Source of the DNA: Phoronis australis | Lineage: Eukaryota > Animalia > Phoronida | NCBI GenBank assembly: GCA_002633005.1 | Contig: NMRA01000252.1 | Span: forward strand, 1 to 64,000 | Length of the DNA stretch: 64,000 nt | Reading direction: 5' to 3' | Shown here: positions 38,101 through 64,000 of the stretch, piece after piece | Layout of the letters: each line of letters begins with the position of its first letter | Position numbering within the stretch: position 1 is the stretch's first letter | Translations under genes and position numbers: made by a program | Notes under the pieces: generated by a model | Database searches by the model: none | Told to the model about the DNA's origin: nothing | What the model saw: the letters and a program-made list of their open reading frames with translations, nothing else

Positions 38101-39491
38101 ACTGCTTGAAACCATACTGGGAACATAAAATAGCCCTCTAGGACAAGCCCTCTTGTTGAGCATCAGTATCAAATTACTGTTTCATGCTATGAACATTCCC
38201 ACTAAATAAAATTGGTTCTAACCCCGGTGTTTAAGGTAAATGGCGGGGTATGGAAAATTGAACTAGACCGTATTTATCCACCTTGGCTGAGACGCGCTCG
38301 GCTCATGCTCAAAGGGATGCCGCCAAGCTGCTCTATTCATCGAGTCACGAGCGAGGATAATTGACTTCGCTCATGCGGATATGATCAGCTGATTACAGTC
38401 TAGCCTAACAACTGTACTTTTTATGGAGAGAATTTTACGTAGTTTTTACNNNNNNNNNNNNNNNNNNNNNNNNNNNNNNNNNNNNNNNNNNNNNNNNNNN
38501 NNNNNNNNNNNNNNNNNNNNNNNNNNNNNNNNNNNNNNNNNNNNNNNNNNNNNNNNNNNNNNNNNNNNNNNNNNNNNNNNNNCCAAGGCTAGGTGATGCA
38601 AGACATTATTACTTGTTCTTTGTTGCATTATAGTAACTGGTCTTGGCTAATTATCATTTTATGGCCTGGTCATCCATTCAGCCCAAAGTAGTTCCAGAGG
38701 TGGCTTATCAGCCAATTATTCACGCATGCTGACTCACAATAGAAGCCTGATAAGAATGAAGGTGGATAAATGCGGTGTTCCTACAGTTTCTTGTTTTAGT
38801 GGATGTGTTCACGACATGTGAGACCATCAAGTGAACATAAAATAACCCTCTATGACAAGCCCTCTTGTTGAGCCTGGTCACAAGCAATAACAAACTGTCA
38901 GTTCTTTTGAAGCCCTGAAATTGCATCAGTTCTAAGAAACAATGACTGTCAGTTTTATTTTGAGCGGTATGTGAACTAAATCAAACTTGGGTTTATAAGT
39001 GAAATATTAATGTAAAGTAGCTTCAATTTTTTATGTCTGCAGTGCAAACAAATCACCACCGTTAATATGACAATTGAAGAGAAATAAAAAGGTAATCGAT
39101 TTCCTACATACCTGTGATTTTAGTATTCTAGGTCTTCCAAGTAGTGAGATTGAAGAGATATACTGCTTTAAAGTTGATATTTTGTACCAAGACAAGTATG
39201 ATTTTTTGTTTCCTAAACGCAAGTTACCGTTTTGTCATCTCTTGTTTTAGGCAAACCACTGTCCACCATTTCCTGGTGAAGCACACAATCGAGGAGAAAA
39301 TACACAATATGCTTCAGACACTGAGCACTCACACCAGCACAGTGGAGGAAAATACAATGACTATTGGTCATCTAGCCTCACTGTTCACCGACCAAGATGA
39401 AGAGCACCATGATGATGTCATGGAAAGTGATGAGGTAGCACCACCTAGTGTGGGTCTTACTAACCACACAACAACCATCACTGATGCATAA
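4435..39491 (+). CDS. SHPRH: E3 ubiquitin-protein ligase SHPRH (SNF2 ATPase, PHD, RING, helicase C), 27 coding exons, about 1541 aa
   Basis: Phase-consistent exons: 4435-5113, 6007-6204 (or duplicate 6560-6757), 9665-9755, 10793-11519, 12114-12221, 12701-12827, 13587-13666, 14043-14166, 14708-14871, 16110-16217, 17080-17148, 17506-17588, 17911-18037, 20425-20601, 21172-21279, 22947-23065, 23901-24077, 25046-25114, 27234-27405, 27726-27869, 28753-28854, 29154-29225, 29356-29556, 34928-35020, 36404-36490, 37679-37857, 39251-39491 (total 4626 nt). Motifs: [121 protein letters not shown]. Confidence 0.96.
5645..5960 (+). mobile_element. tRNA-derived SINE whose body contains a 34-bp tandem array
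   Basis: A-box-like TTGCTCAGTGG and B-box-like CATTCAATCCC, then the 34-bp array and the tail CTAATAATTCTTAT, which is shared with the copies at 24445-24695. Confidence 0.5.
5715..5918 (+). repeat. Minisatellite 34 bp x6
   Basis: TCAGGACAGAGATCTTCAGACTAAACTGTATGTC. Confidence 0.95.
10793..11519 (+). CDS. SHPRH: SHPRH exon 4: Walker A/motif I, Ser/Cys-rich linker, PHD finger
   Basis: [21 protein letters not shown] ... LECVCGKDQ...[15 protein letters not shown]...FRCPHC; AG/GT boundaries in phase. Confidence 0.95.
12225..12529 (+). repeat. Minisatellite 61 bp x5, starting inside the exon 5 donor site
   Basis: AGTGTTAACCCTGATTACTCACATTGT..GCATATAT. Confidence 0.95.
14043..14166 (+). CDS. SHPRH: SHPRH exon 8: Walker B (DEAQ) and motif III
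   Basis: [39 protein letters not shown]. Confidence 0.95.
14437..14643 (+). repeat. Minisatellite 51 bp x4
   Basis: GAGTTATGTTGTCAGCAGGTTTCACTTTGTCATAGGCAATGGCTAGTACCA. Confidence 0.95.
15023..15120 (+). repeat. Minisatellite 36 bp, about 2.7 copies
   Basis: GCATTATTCCATGAGAACAGACTCAGTACATACAGC. Confidence 0.9.
15213..15262 (-). ncRNA. Minimal type-I hammerhead ribozyme motif (PLE type)
   Basis: Minus strand reads cac CUGACGA u ggccgg-agaagaga-ccgacu GAAA CG UC|gug. Both core boxes are intact; stem I is cac/gug, stem II has one mismatch, and stem III is the loopless palindrome ACGU. Confidence 0.75.
15275..15355 (-). other. Degenerate tRNA-like (Ser-CGA-like) Pol III unit inside the PLE remnant
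   Basis: A-box-like GGTGTAGTGGTTAAG, anticodon-loop-like CTCGAAT, variable-arm hairpin TCTG-TAGTTT-CAGA and B-box GGTTCAAATCC; acceptor stem is broken. Confidence 0.6.
16308..16533 (+). repeat. Minisatellite 38-39 bp x6
   Basis: ATAATTATACAGGG(G)ACACCATCAGTGAAATGTACCTGG. Confidence 0.95.
19560..20230 (-). pseudogene. Decayed non-LTR retrotransposon ORF1 (coiled-coil plus RRM, L1/CR1/L2-type) in SHPRH intron 13
   Basis: Minus-strand translation [58 protein letters not shown], then a frameshift to ..[35 protein letters not shown]. This matches ORF1 motifs LENRSRRNNL-x-F-x-G, IERAHRIG and I-x-EDFS. Confidence 0.75.
22363..22706 (+). repeat. Minisatellite 43 bp x8
   Basis: TTCACTGGTATGGCTTTACCATGTATTCTAAGCATGCTAGTTA. 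Confidence 0.95.
23139..23589. mobile_element. Foldback/MITE with about 200-bp inverted arms
   Basis: CAAGGTACCTAAACTACACGGTCAACGGA... pairs with ...TCCGTTGACCGTGTAGTTTAGGTACCTTG; the arms stay complementary to about 23340 and 23390. Confidence 0.85.
24445..24695. mobile_element. Inverted (head-to-head) pair of SINE fragments of the same family as 5645-5960
   Basis: The left arm ATTATTAG..TGTTGGCCAC..ATGTGACCTATG..TCTGAAA mirrors the right arm TTTCAGA..TATAGGCCATGTGATGTGGTCAACA..CTAATAAT; B-box-like GTTCGAACTC in the right arm. Confidence 0.5.
25200..26232 (+). mobile_element. Older copy of the same Helentron-like repeat family
   Basis: CCACCTGGTGGC / CCCCTATTGGTG / CCCCTAGTAAC subrepeats, and a 3' end GTGCGTGCATTTCAG..TGTCTTGTT resembling 32619-32654. 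Confidence 0.45.
29154..29556 (+). CDS. SHPRH: SHPRH exons 22-23: C3HC4 RING finger (intron 29226-29355)
   Basis: [15 protein letters not shown] | [15 protein letters not shown]...VKCAMCR. Confidence 0.95.
30030..32655 (+). mobile_element. Helentron-associated (DINE-1/pearl-like) non-autonomous element(s) with degenerate internal tandem repeats
   Basis: 5' modules TGCACCCAC..GACGCATTATGCCGT..(CTGTCCG)n at 30033 and 31441, many CC(T/C)AGTGGC-containing subrepeats, and a 3' GTGGGCGCA sub-terminal inverted repeat followed by CTCTTGTT. Confidence 0.6.
33377..33795 (+). repeat. Minisatellite 30 bp, about 14 copies
   Basis: AACTACTGCTAGCCACTTCCAAAGCATTTT. Confidence 0.95.
34860..34948 (+). repeat. 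30 bp x3 tandem triplication of the SHPRH exon 24 splice acceptor
   Basis: (TT)GTTGTAG|GGAAGTCATTCTACCAAAGTG repeated three times. Confidence 0.95.
35475..36265. mobile_element. Degenerate TIR element (MITE) with CTTAAG-rich subterminal repeats
   Basis: The left end CTGAGTTTTTGTTAAGTTA is nearly the reverse complement of the right end TAACTTAAGGAAAACTCAG. Confidence 0.5.
37679..37857 (+). CDS. SHPRH: SHPRH exon 26: helicase-C motifs V and VI
   Basis: [45 protein letters not shown]; not present in the ORF track because it lacks a start codon. Confidence 0.95.
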
Positions 39492-39869
39492 GTGGCACCA
39501 CCTGGAGGTGGTTAGTAGTACCAGTTATTTGTTTTGATTTTGGTAGTAGAGTAAAGTTCTATAGGTATTCAGCCATTAAGTTATACTTGTCAAAGTCATT
39601 TTCATTTACAAAGTTTGCTAGATAAGTTATTATACAGAGTTGTTTTGTACTGCTTATATGTTAGAATATATCGTTCATTAAACATGTTATGGCACAACCA
39701 AAACAAGCCTGGAAACTTTCTGATCTCATTACAGTCTTTCTGATGAAGTCTGTTGGTACATCTGCCAATACTGCTCCATCTGATGTAAACAAAGGACCGC
39801 CTAGTTTGAATACTGTACAACCAACAGTTGGTATAATTTAGTGTCTCTGGGACAACTGTAACCAGAACT

Positions 39870-57629
<17,760 letters not shown>

Positions 57630-59984
57630 GGTTGGGTGATGCCTTTTGCCTTCAATTGTAAAACCGAGCGGTTGCGTCAAGGCCAATTCACGATCACCAT
57701 ATCCTAGAGTGAACCAGTGCGTCTCATGGACTCCTCTTGGACTCGCGTGTCCTGACTAAGGTATTCAGTGAGGGCTATTTAAGATTTATTCATTGCGTTT
57801 TCCGGACGTCGTTAAATCGGAATATAATTAGATTTCATATCTACTGACAACAGCAAAGTCGTGTGACATTGGCCGCCTGGTTTCACCTCCCTTCTCCGGG
57901 CACTTCCTTTACTTGGAAAGATACAGTCGTAGAATTGAAACTTATTTCCAGCTAGGAACCAATAGTTTCCAGACAGCTTTTCAAGAAGTTACGCTTGATT
58001 ATTTCAGTTGAAATCTTTGAGATTGTATAATCAGAGTGTTTAAAGACTTTGCTTTTTATTCGTTTATCGTGTCCTTTGCGATTCAAATGTCAAAAAAAAC
58101 TTATATTTGTGGCAAATGTTATCACGTGAACTTTTGGCCTTCAAAGACCTTTCATAACCCACCAAGCGTCGACGAAATGATAAATTAAACGTCACGAAAG
58201 TATTACAACTCTCTTTTATTTATTTATTTAGTTTTTTGTTTGTTTTGAAGCATTTCTTTAACCCCTTAAAAATAAGGCGAGATCATGACATNCCAGACAG
58301 CTTTTCAAGAAGTTACGCTTGATTATTTCAGTTGAAATCTTTGAGAATGTATAATCAGAGTGTTAAAAGACTTTGCTTTTTATTCGTTTATCGTGTCCTT
58401 TGCGATTCAAATGTCAAAAAAAAACTTATATTTGTGGCAAATGTTATCACGTGAACTTTTGGCCTTCAAAGACCTTTCATAACCCACCAAGCGTCGACGA
58501 AATGACAAATTAAACGTCACGAAAGTATTATAACTCTCTTTTATTTATTTATTTAGTTTTTTGTTTGTTTTGAAGCATTTCTTTAACCCCTTAAAAATAA
58601 GGCGAGATCATGACATGAGTTGCACGTGTGATAATTTAAGAGTAGAGAACGCCTGTGCACTGTTGACGGTAAGTTTTCACTGACCTGCTTACCGACATAT
58701 GTTCAGACAAGTACTAAATGCCCCATTGAATTTTAAAAGCCAGTACGTAGCAACTGTGGTATCTATTTTTGCGTTTTTGGTTCTTATTTCATACAACAAT
58801 CGTTAAGCACAGGCAGGCGTAAAACGTTAGGCACTTTCTGTTTCAATTTAATATCTTTTTAAGTTCTGGACGTCTGAGAAATTTTCATAGGGAAGCAGGA
58901 TATTGCCAGAAAAAGTATGGAATGCGGTCTATCTACATGTTCACCAGTACTGCGTTCACAAGTGCTCGGACTTTTGCCGAGTGATTCTACATTGTGGCTA
59001 AAATAAAAGGAGGTTTTTTGGAATGAAGACACCGTTCACTTTGGATCGTGTTTTTGCCAAACATTAACCTCTAAAATCGTAACTACTGACGATGGGTCGA
59101 AAGATAAAGTCAGTGACATGCGGCTGAAAAATATTTTGTGCTATAATTGCGAAACAGCCAAAACAAAATCTGCTGCTAGTTATTGTTGTTATTACAGTCA
59201 CTGCTGGTACCTCCTTAAATCCCGGAGCTTGTTGTCAAGTAAGAAAAGATTTCATTGGCTAGCAACCACAACTGCACTCCGTCACCGCGGATTGCCTCTC
59301 CCCACCTCGGTCACAACTCTCAGGACACTGGGCACAGAGTCGCAACACCTCGTTCCATACAATATCTTTATTACCCCGGCTGGTCGGCTCACTCAGCTTG
59401 TCCTTTGCCAGGTTGTTATAGCCGTTTTGACTGTTTGGTGTACTCACTTGGTACTTTATATGATATTTGGTCATTTGGCAGTTTGTACCCATTTAGTACT
59501 TAGTATTAATTTGCCGTTTTGCACGGTTAAGCAATCGGCCAATACCCCTTTGGTATCATGCACCTATTTGGTACTACCTACTAACCTGTGCCTCTTGTAT
59601 CCGATACCCAATTACACATTGGGTATCGCAAATGTTTAGGTTATCTTTTGTAATTAAGGTACCCATGCGGTACCTTTTATAATATATTAATCAATGGTAG
59701 AGCCATAACCCTGAGATTCCAAATACAACCTAAAATATATACTACCCTTGTGTTGTTTTATTTGTCCCCAATAATTCCGAAGTATCATGATTTAGCTCAT
59801 AAACTTGGTTTTATTTGTCTTGGAACCTAACTTATACCTTCAAACATCGAAGTCCAAAAAATTCGGTTACTTAGTGACCTTATGAAACGTAATTAATGTT
59901 TTGAGTGCGTGCTTATCAGCCTTGTCCCCAAGCCTCAAGATGGCGTCTTGTCCTACATATCACGTCATCTGGCAGCATCTACCC

Positions 59985-60055
59985 CCATGGGCGGCGCAGC
60001 ACTGAAATTAGTGGGGGCTATAACTCCCCCCAGCTCCGTATGGTGCGCCGCCTAT
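59985..60055. mobile_element. Short MITE-like element, same family as 2168-2258 and 35318-35380
   Basis: CATGGGCGGCGCAGCACTGAAA..GTGGGGGCTATA..CCCCCAGC..TGCGCCGCCTAT; the ends are inverted. Confidence 0.55.
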
Positions 60056-62026
60056 AATCCCGGTCAGAATCAACTAACGGACATGTGTTTGCCGGCACGA
60101 ATATAAATCTAAGCATTAAAATTGCCTTTGCTCTCAGTTCGCGGTATATTTCGTTACATGTTTACGGCTTTCAGCTGCATTTGGGATTCTGAAAACTTTG
60201 ATCTTTTTCGGAGTTAAGTGAAGAAATGGTGAGAAATTAGCAACTTTCACCCAAAATATTCACCATGAGAAATGAAAATAATTGATAATTAGTTATTTCT
60301 CTGCTTAAGAAGATCAGTCAGCTGAGCATCCACACTAGCGGATCGAATTCTTATTTCTATTCATTTTTTATTATTACAAATAGTAATGTCGGCCTCCAGC
60401 ATCACACCATAGATTATAGACAAGAGACTCGCAACTCCGCATTTTCTTTCGTGATATCCTAGAGGAGGCGCCACGATTCTAAATTATCTATTTCAATTTC
60501 CGGTTAGTGTATTGTGACCACCCAACAACCGACCATGATTAGCAGACAACGTACTTGCGGGAAATAAAACTTGCCAATTTGGCCAGGTTTCGCCACTGAA
60601 TAATGACGTCGGGGCTTCTGTAAGAGCATTGATTTCGTCCATTGAAAGTATACGGAGTTGGCGGTCCATGCATACTCGGGAACCCAATGATCGTCCGCCT
60701 AAGCATAAAACCGGCTTGTTGTCGTACTCACCCAATTATTCCACTTCTAAGTTTTGCTCTGCATAGAACTTGATTTGACTCTCACAAATCCATAGTATTA
60801 GTTGATTCAAAAGTTTTCTTTTATTTATGCCGAGTTGTTTGAACTGTGCAGTGCTTTTCGGCAGCCATTTTATAATGACTCCTATGGTCGTCATATGCTG
60901 CCGCCTTTTGAAAGAACACAAAACCACACAGAAAAAGGCCAAGAAAATAGTGGAAAGTGGTTTACAAGAATTCAACCACAAACTGTTAAATCGATTAAAA
61001 TTGATTTAGAATTTCAGTTATGGAAAATCGCAAACGGTTTTATTCCAGATAGACCTTACTAATTTTCTATTTGTGTCCTCTTTATTTGACTTTTTGCCCT
61101 TGCTGTTTTAAACACCACTTATCTCTGCTGTCTTTCTTTTTCTTTTCAGTCTTTCTTCATTCTCTGTTAACACCTTGTCAGCCAAAACAGAACTGTAACT
61201 CTTTGAGACTTTGTCGGTGCAAGTTAATCATTGAACCTCAATACTATTGTTCTAATAAATTACCCAATCTTATTGTTTGATTTTTTCTCACCTTTAACAG
61301 GCTTCTCAGTACAATCATAAATAAATGAATAAATACCCAAGTTGTATTTGCATTTTATTGCTCAATCTCTTCTTTTATTTTTGATTATGTCATGCTGTGT
61401 TGTATGTATAACAATGCAATATAGTGAAATAAAGTCAATATGTTTTACTTTATTGGTTTCCATTCTCTATCAATTCAAGTATTTTAATTTCTTCAAATAA
61501 ATTCAAAATGCTTTAACCAAAAATTTCAACATAAATGTTGAGCTCAGTACTTTATTTTGCAATAAAAAACAAGTGGACAATATTTTGATGACCAAGGCGT
61601 GGGCCGAAATTGTTAAGCACCCACGGTGTTCCATTTGTCTGCTGCGTTTTTCGTTTGGCCTAACAGGTGTCGGTGCCTGGGACAAATAGATACATTGCAT
61701 AAACAATCCCTAAGTTGTTTTTTGTTCCGTCTGAAGAAAATTAATTTCGAAAATATCTTCTGAAAATGAACAAAAAAGTGCATTTGCAAAATCTACAAGT
61801 TTTTAAGTGGTCTCAAAAAACAGTCGGTAAATGCATTAATTTTAGTCTCAGTTTTTCCATGCGCGTTTTTCCCGAGAGGTTAGTACCTAAAGTGCAGACG
61901 AGCACTCCAAATTGGATCGCTAAGTCCCGCGTGGCTGTGCTGCACGCGAAAGAAGATGGCGGACGACCTTTGGATCCTGACGACGATAGGTATTCGGACT
62001 ATACTGTAGTCTATGACCACACCTGC

Positions 62027-62184
62027 CAGTGGCAGATTTAGAGGGGGGACCAAGGAGGCCATGGTCCCCCTAAAATTCTTCCAGATTCCATGTGGCAGTT
62101 GGGGGCTGCGAATGTCTGACGGGCAAAATCCTGGCTAATACTCTGTTGTGGCCCCCCTAACTCAAAATCCTGGATCCGCCCTGC
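62027..62184. mobile_element. Short hAT-like MITE
   Basis: Termini CAGTGGCAGATTTAG / CTGGATCCGCCCTG; no clear target-site duplication. Confidence 0.5.
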
Positions 62185-62360
62185 GTGCAATTCAAAACAG
62201 TTGACAGCGAGTTACAAATCACACATTTGGAACCCTCATGCAGAATGATTGCAATAAAAAAGTAAAGTTTTAAATGACGGATTCATTGTGTGACACAAGA
62301 CTGATAAGTTTTGCTCGCACAGATTTGAATAAAAGTACTGTTGTGTAATTTTACTCAAGT

Positions 62361-62506
62361 CAGTGTATAATGTAGTGATAAATATAGATTATTACATGGC
62401 GAAGTCGTTATCCCCCGTTATCTAGAGCCCTCGAGGATTTTGGAGGGCTCTAGATAAGGGGGATAACGACTGAGAACATGTACTAATCTATTTATACCAC
62501 ATACTG
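62361..62506. repeat. Long imperfect hairpin (about 145 nt)
   Basis: AGTCGTTATCCCCCGTTATCTAGAGCCCTC-loop-GAGGGCTCTAGATAAGGGGGATAACGACT, extended by TAGATTA..TACATG / CATGTA..TAATCTA. Confidence 0.85.
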
Positions 62507-63040
62507 AACGAGATACATTGCAATGAATCGATCTACCTTTCTCGACTCGCCTCGGCTTTGTAACTACTTTCTATGTCAGAGGCCCGGGGTCGGAGGTCGT
62601 GACCTTTTAAGAAAAGCCGAGCTATTTTTGTCAAATAATGCTTATATTCAAAACCAATTGAAAATTTAAACAAAATAGAAATAAAGTGTATTATATAAAT
62701 TAAGGTTTAGCAGCTGTTATAGCTTACGACACATTTTATCACGCTAAGCTTCGACCGGGAAAATATCGTCTGCTAAAGTACGTTACCACTACTAACTGAC
62801 TATAATGCTCAAGTCAAAGGATCCCGACGACACGATACCCGCATTCAAATTGGAGATCAGTGTTTTACAAGTGAGAGAACACGAGAGAAAAATTTCACTG
62901 AATTAAAATATCGTTTTTATGGAAATTTTGCGTCTTATTTTTCATAGCGTATAAATGTCGGTGCAATGCTCTTTGCTGAACATGCGATTGTTGCGCGTGC
63001 TCATTTAAGTATTCTATTTTCACGTTCGGTGGCGTCAGGC

Positions 63041-63110
63041 GCTGAGTGTTGCAGTGGTAAAGTCGGCGACTCGAAACTCTTGAGGCCCGGGTTCGAATCC
63101 GGCCTCGGTT
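63041..63110 (+). other. tRNA-derived SINE head or pseudo-tRNA
   Basis: A-box-like TGTTGCAGTGG, GACTCGAA and B-box GGTTCGAATCC; the anticodon stem does not pair, so it is not a functional tRNA. Confidence 0.55.
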
Positions 63111-63789
63111 TCCCGCCAAAATGGTATCTCACTTGTGAGATAACTTTATGTGTTATTCCACGGTTGTACCTGCCACTCGAGGCTAATATTGCGATATAAA
63201 AACACGTGATACTCATCTACAATCTTACGATTTCCTAAGCTTGGACAAAAGACAAAAACACCCAAGCGCTCCTCTCTAACCATGTTAGTAACGTCTTCCT
63301 CAATCATTCTGAAGACAGTGGCACGAACACTGAAAGCGAGTTAGAGCAGTCCTAAGATTTTTATCCTTCATGCATAGCAAATATTTTTCCGGATTTCATA
63401 AACTTTTGAATTTCATGCAGAAATCCAACTTGCGATTGCAGCTGATGCATTTGCTGCCAGGTCTGTATAGCACAGTCATTTACCCTCTGTATGAACTGAG
63501 ATAAGAAATTGGCATTGTTTCTAACTTCCTGACAAGTCTGAACAAAACCAAATCCGTGTTTGAATAAAAAGTTTCTAACCTCTGTACACTAAGTTTTGCG
63601 TCCAGATTCATCAAGCTAACGAATTACTTTATACCCGGACTTTGGAAGTCTATCATTTCTCATATCCAGTAAGTGTAATCAACATTTCATTAGTTTTGTC
63701 GAACAATAGACCCTATTCACTCCGACAGGAAGGCGCGTTCCAAAACGAGGCTCGCTACGATCGCTCTGGTGGCCTATCCGCGTAGTTTA

Positions 63790-63925
63790 CTCCGCGTTGC
63801 TCGAACAGCTAGAAAAAAAACGGGCACTCTGTTTTACAATCCCTAAGGACGTTGGGATTCGGAAGCATTGGGTCCTTGCCATACGCCGCGACGAAGGAAA
63901 ATATGTCCGTGTTTTCGAATCATAA
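63790..63925 (+). pseudogene. Degenerate THAP zinc-finger fragment, likely a DNA transposon relic
   Basis: PRCSNS*KKNG, then a frameshift to FTIPKDVGIRKHWVLAIRRDEGKY, matching THAP C-x-N..F-x-FP-x-D..R-x2-W-x3-IRR. Confidence 0.6.
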
Positions 63926-64000
63926 TTTGTCGCATCTCGGACTGGATGCCGCTATAGCAACGAGGACCGGAGAATCTTCGGCCAGCCAGGCTGTGTTTTC

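Noticed and set aside
57968-58616. About 325-bp direct duplication upstream of the DSL gene
   Set aside because: Single-n junction at 58292; likely assembly artefact.
59118-59639. 173-aa ORF upstream of the DSL gene
   Set aside because: No recognisable domain; the 3' half comes from GGTAC/TACC-rich degenerate repeats.
63041-63110. Functional tRNA gene
   Set aside because: The anticodon and acceptor stems pair poorly, so it is annotated as a SINE head or pseudo-tRNA.

Overview
This is AT-rich eukaryotic genomic DNA from a draft assembly, probably a marine invertebrate (mollusc-like repeats, low confidence). It has 3 N-gaps and 5 single-n junctions flanked by direct duplications. I reconstructed three protein-coding genes by hand from splice sites and reading frame. 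(1) The first coding exon of brambleberry (minus strand, 3192-3449), head-to-head with SHPRH. (2) A complete 27-coding-exon SHPRH gene (plus, 4435-39491, about 1541 aa; SNF2 ATPase, PHD, RING, helicase-C; one GC-AG intron; no recognisable H15 domain). (3) A convergent 13-exon Delta/Serrate-family gene (minus, 57629-39870, about 1033 aa): signal peptide, C2/MNNL, DSL, 16 EGF repeats, a ~105 aa non-vWC juxtamembrane domain, TM helix and a tyrosine-motif-rich tail. The most notable observations are: the receptor-like architecture of the DSL protein; about 7 decayed EGF repeats intronized behind its giant exon; a Penelope-like 3' end carrying a tRNA-like unit and a minimal hammerhead ribozyme; and repeated micro-duplications of SHPRH splice junctions. 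Introns also hold many minisatellites, MITEs, SINE heads, Helentron-like repeats and a LINE ORF1 remnant. All calls come from reading the sequence; no searches were run.
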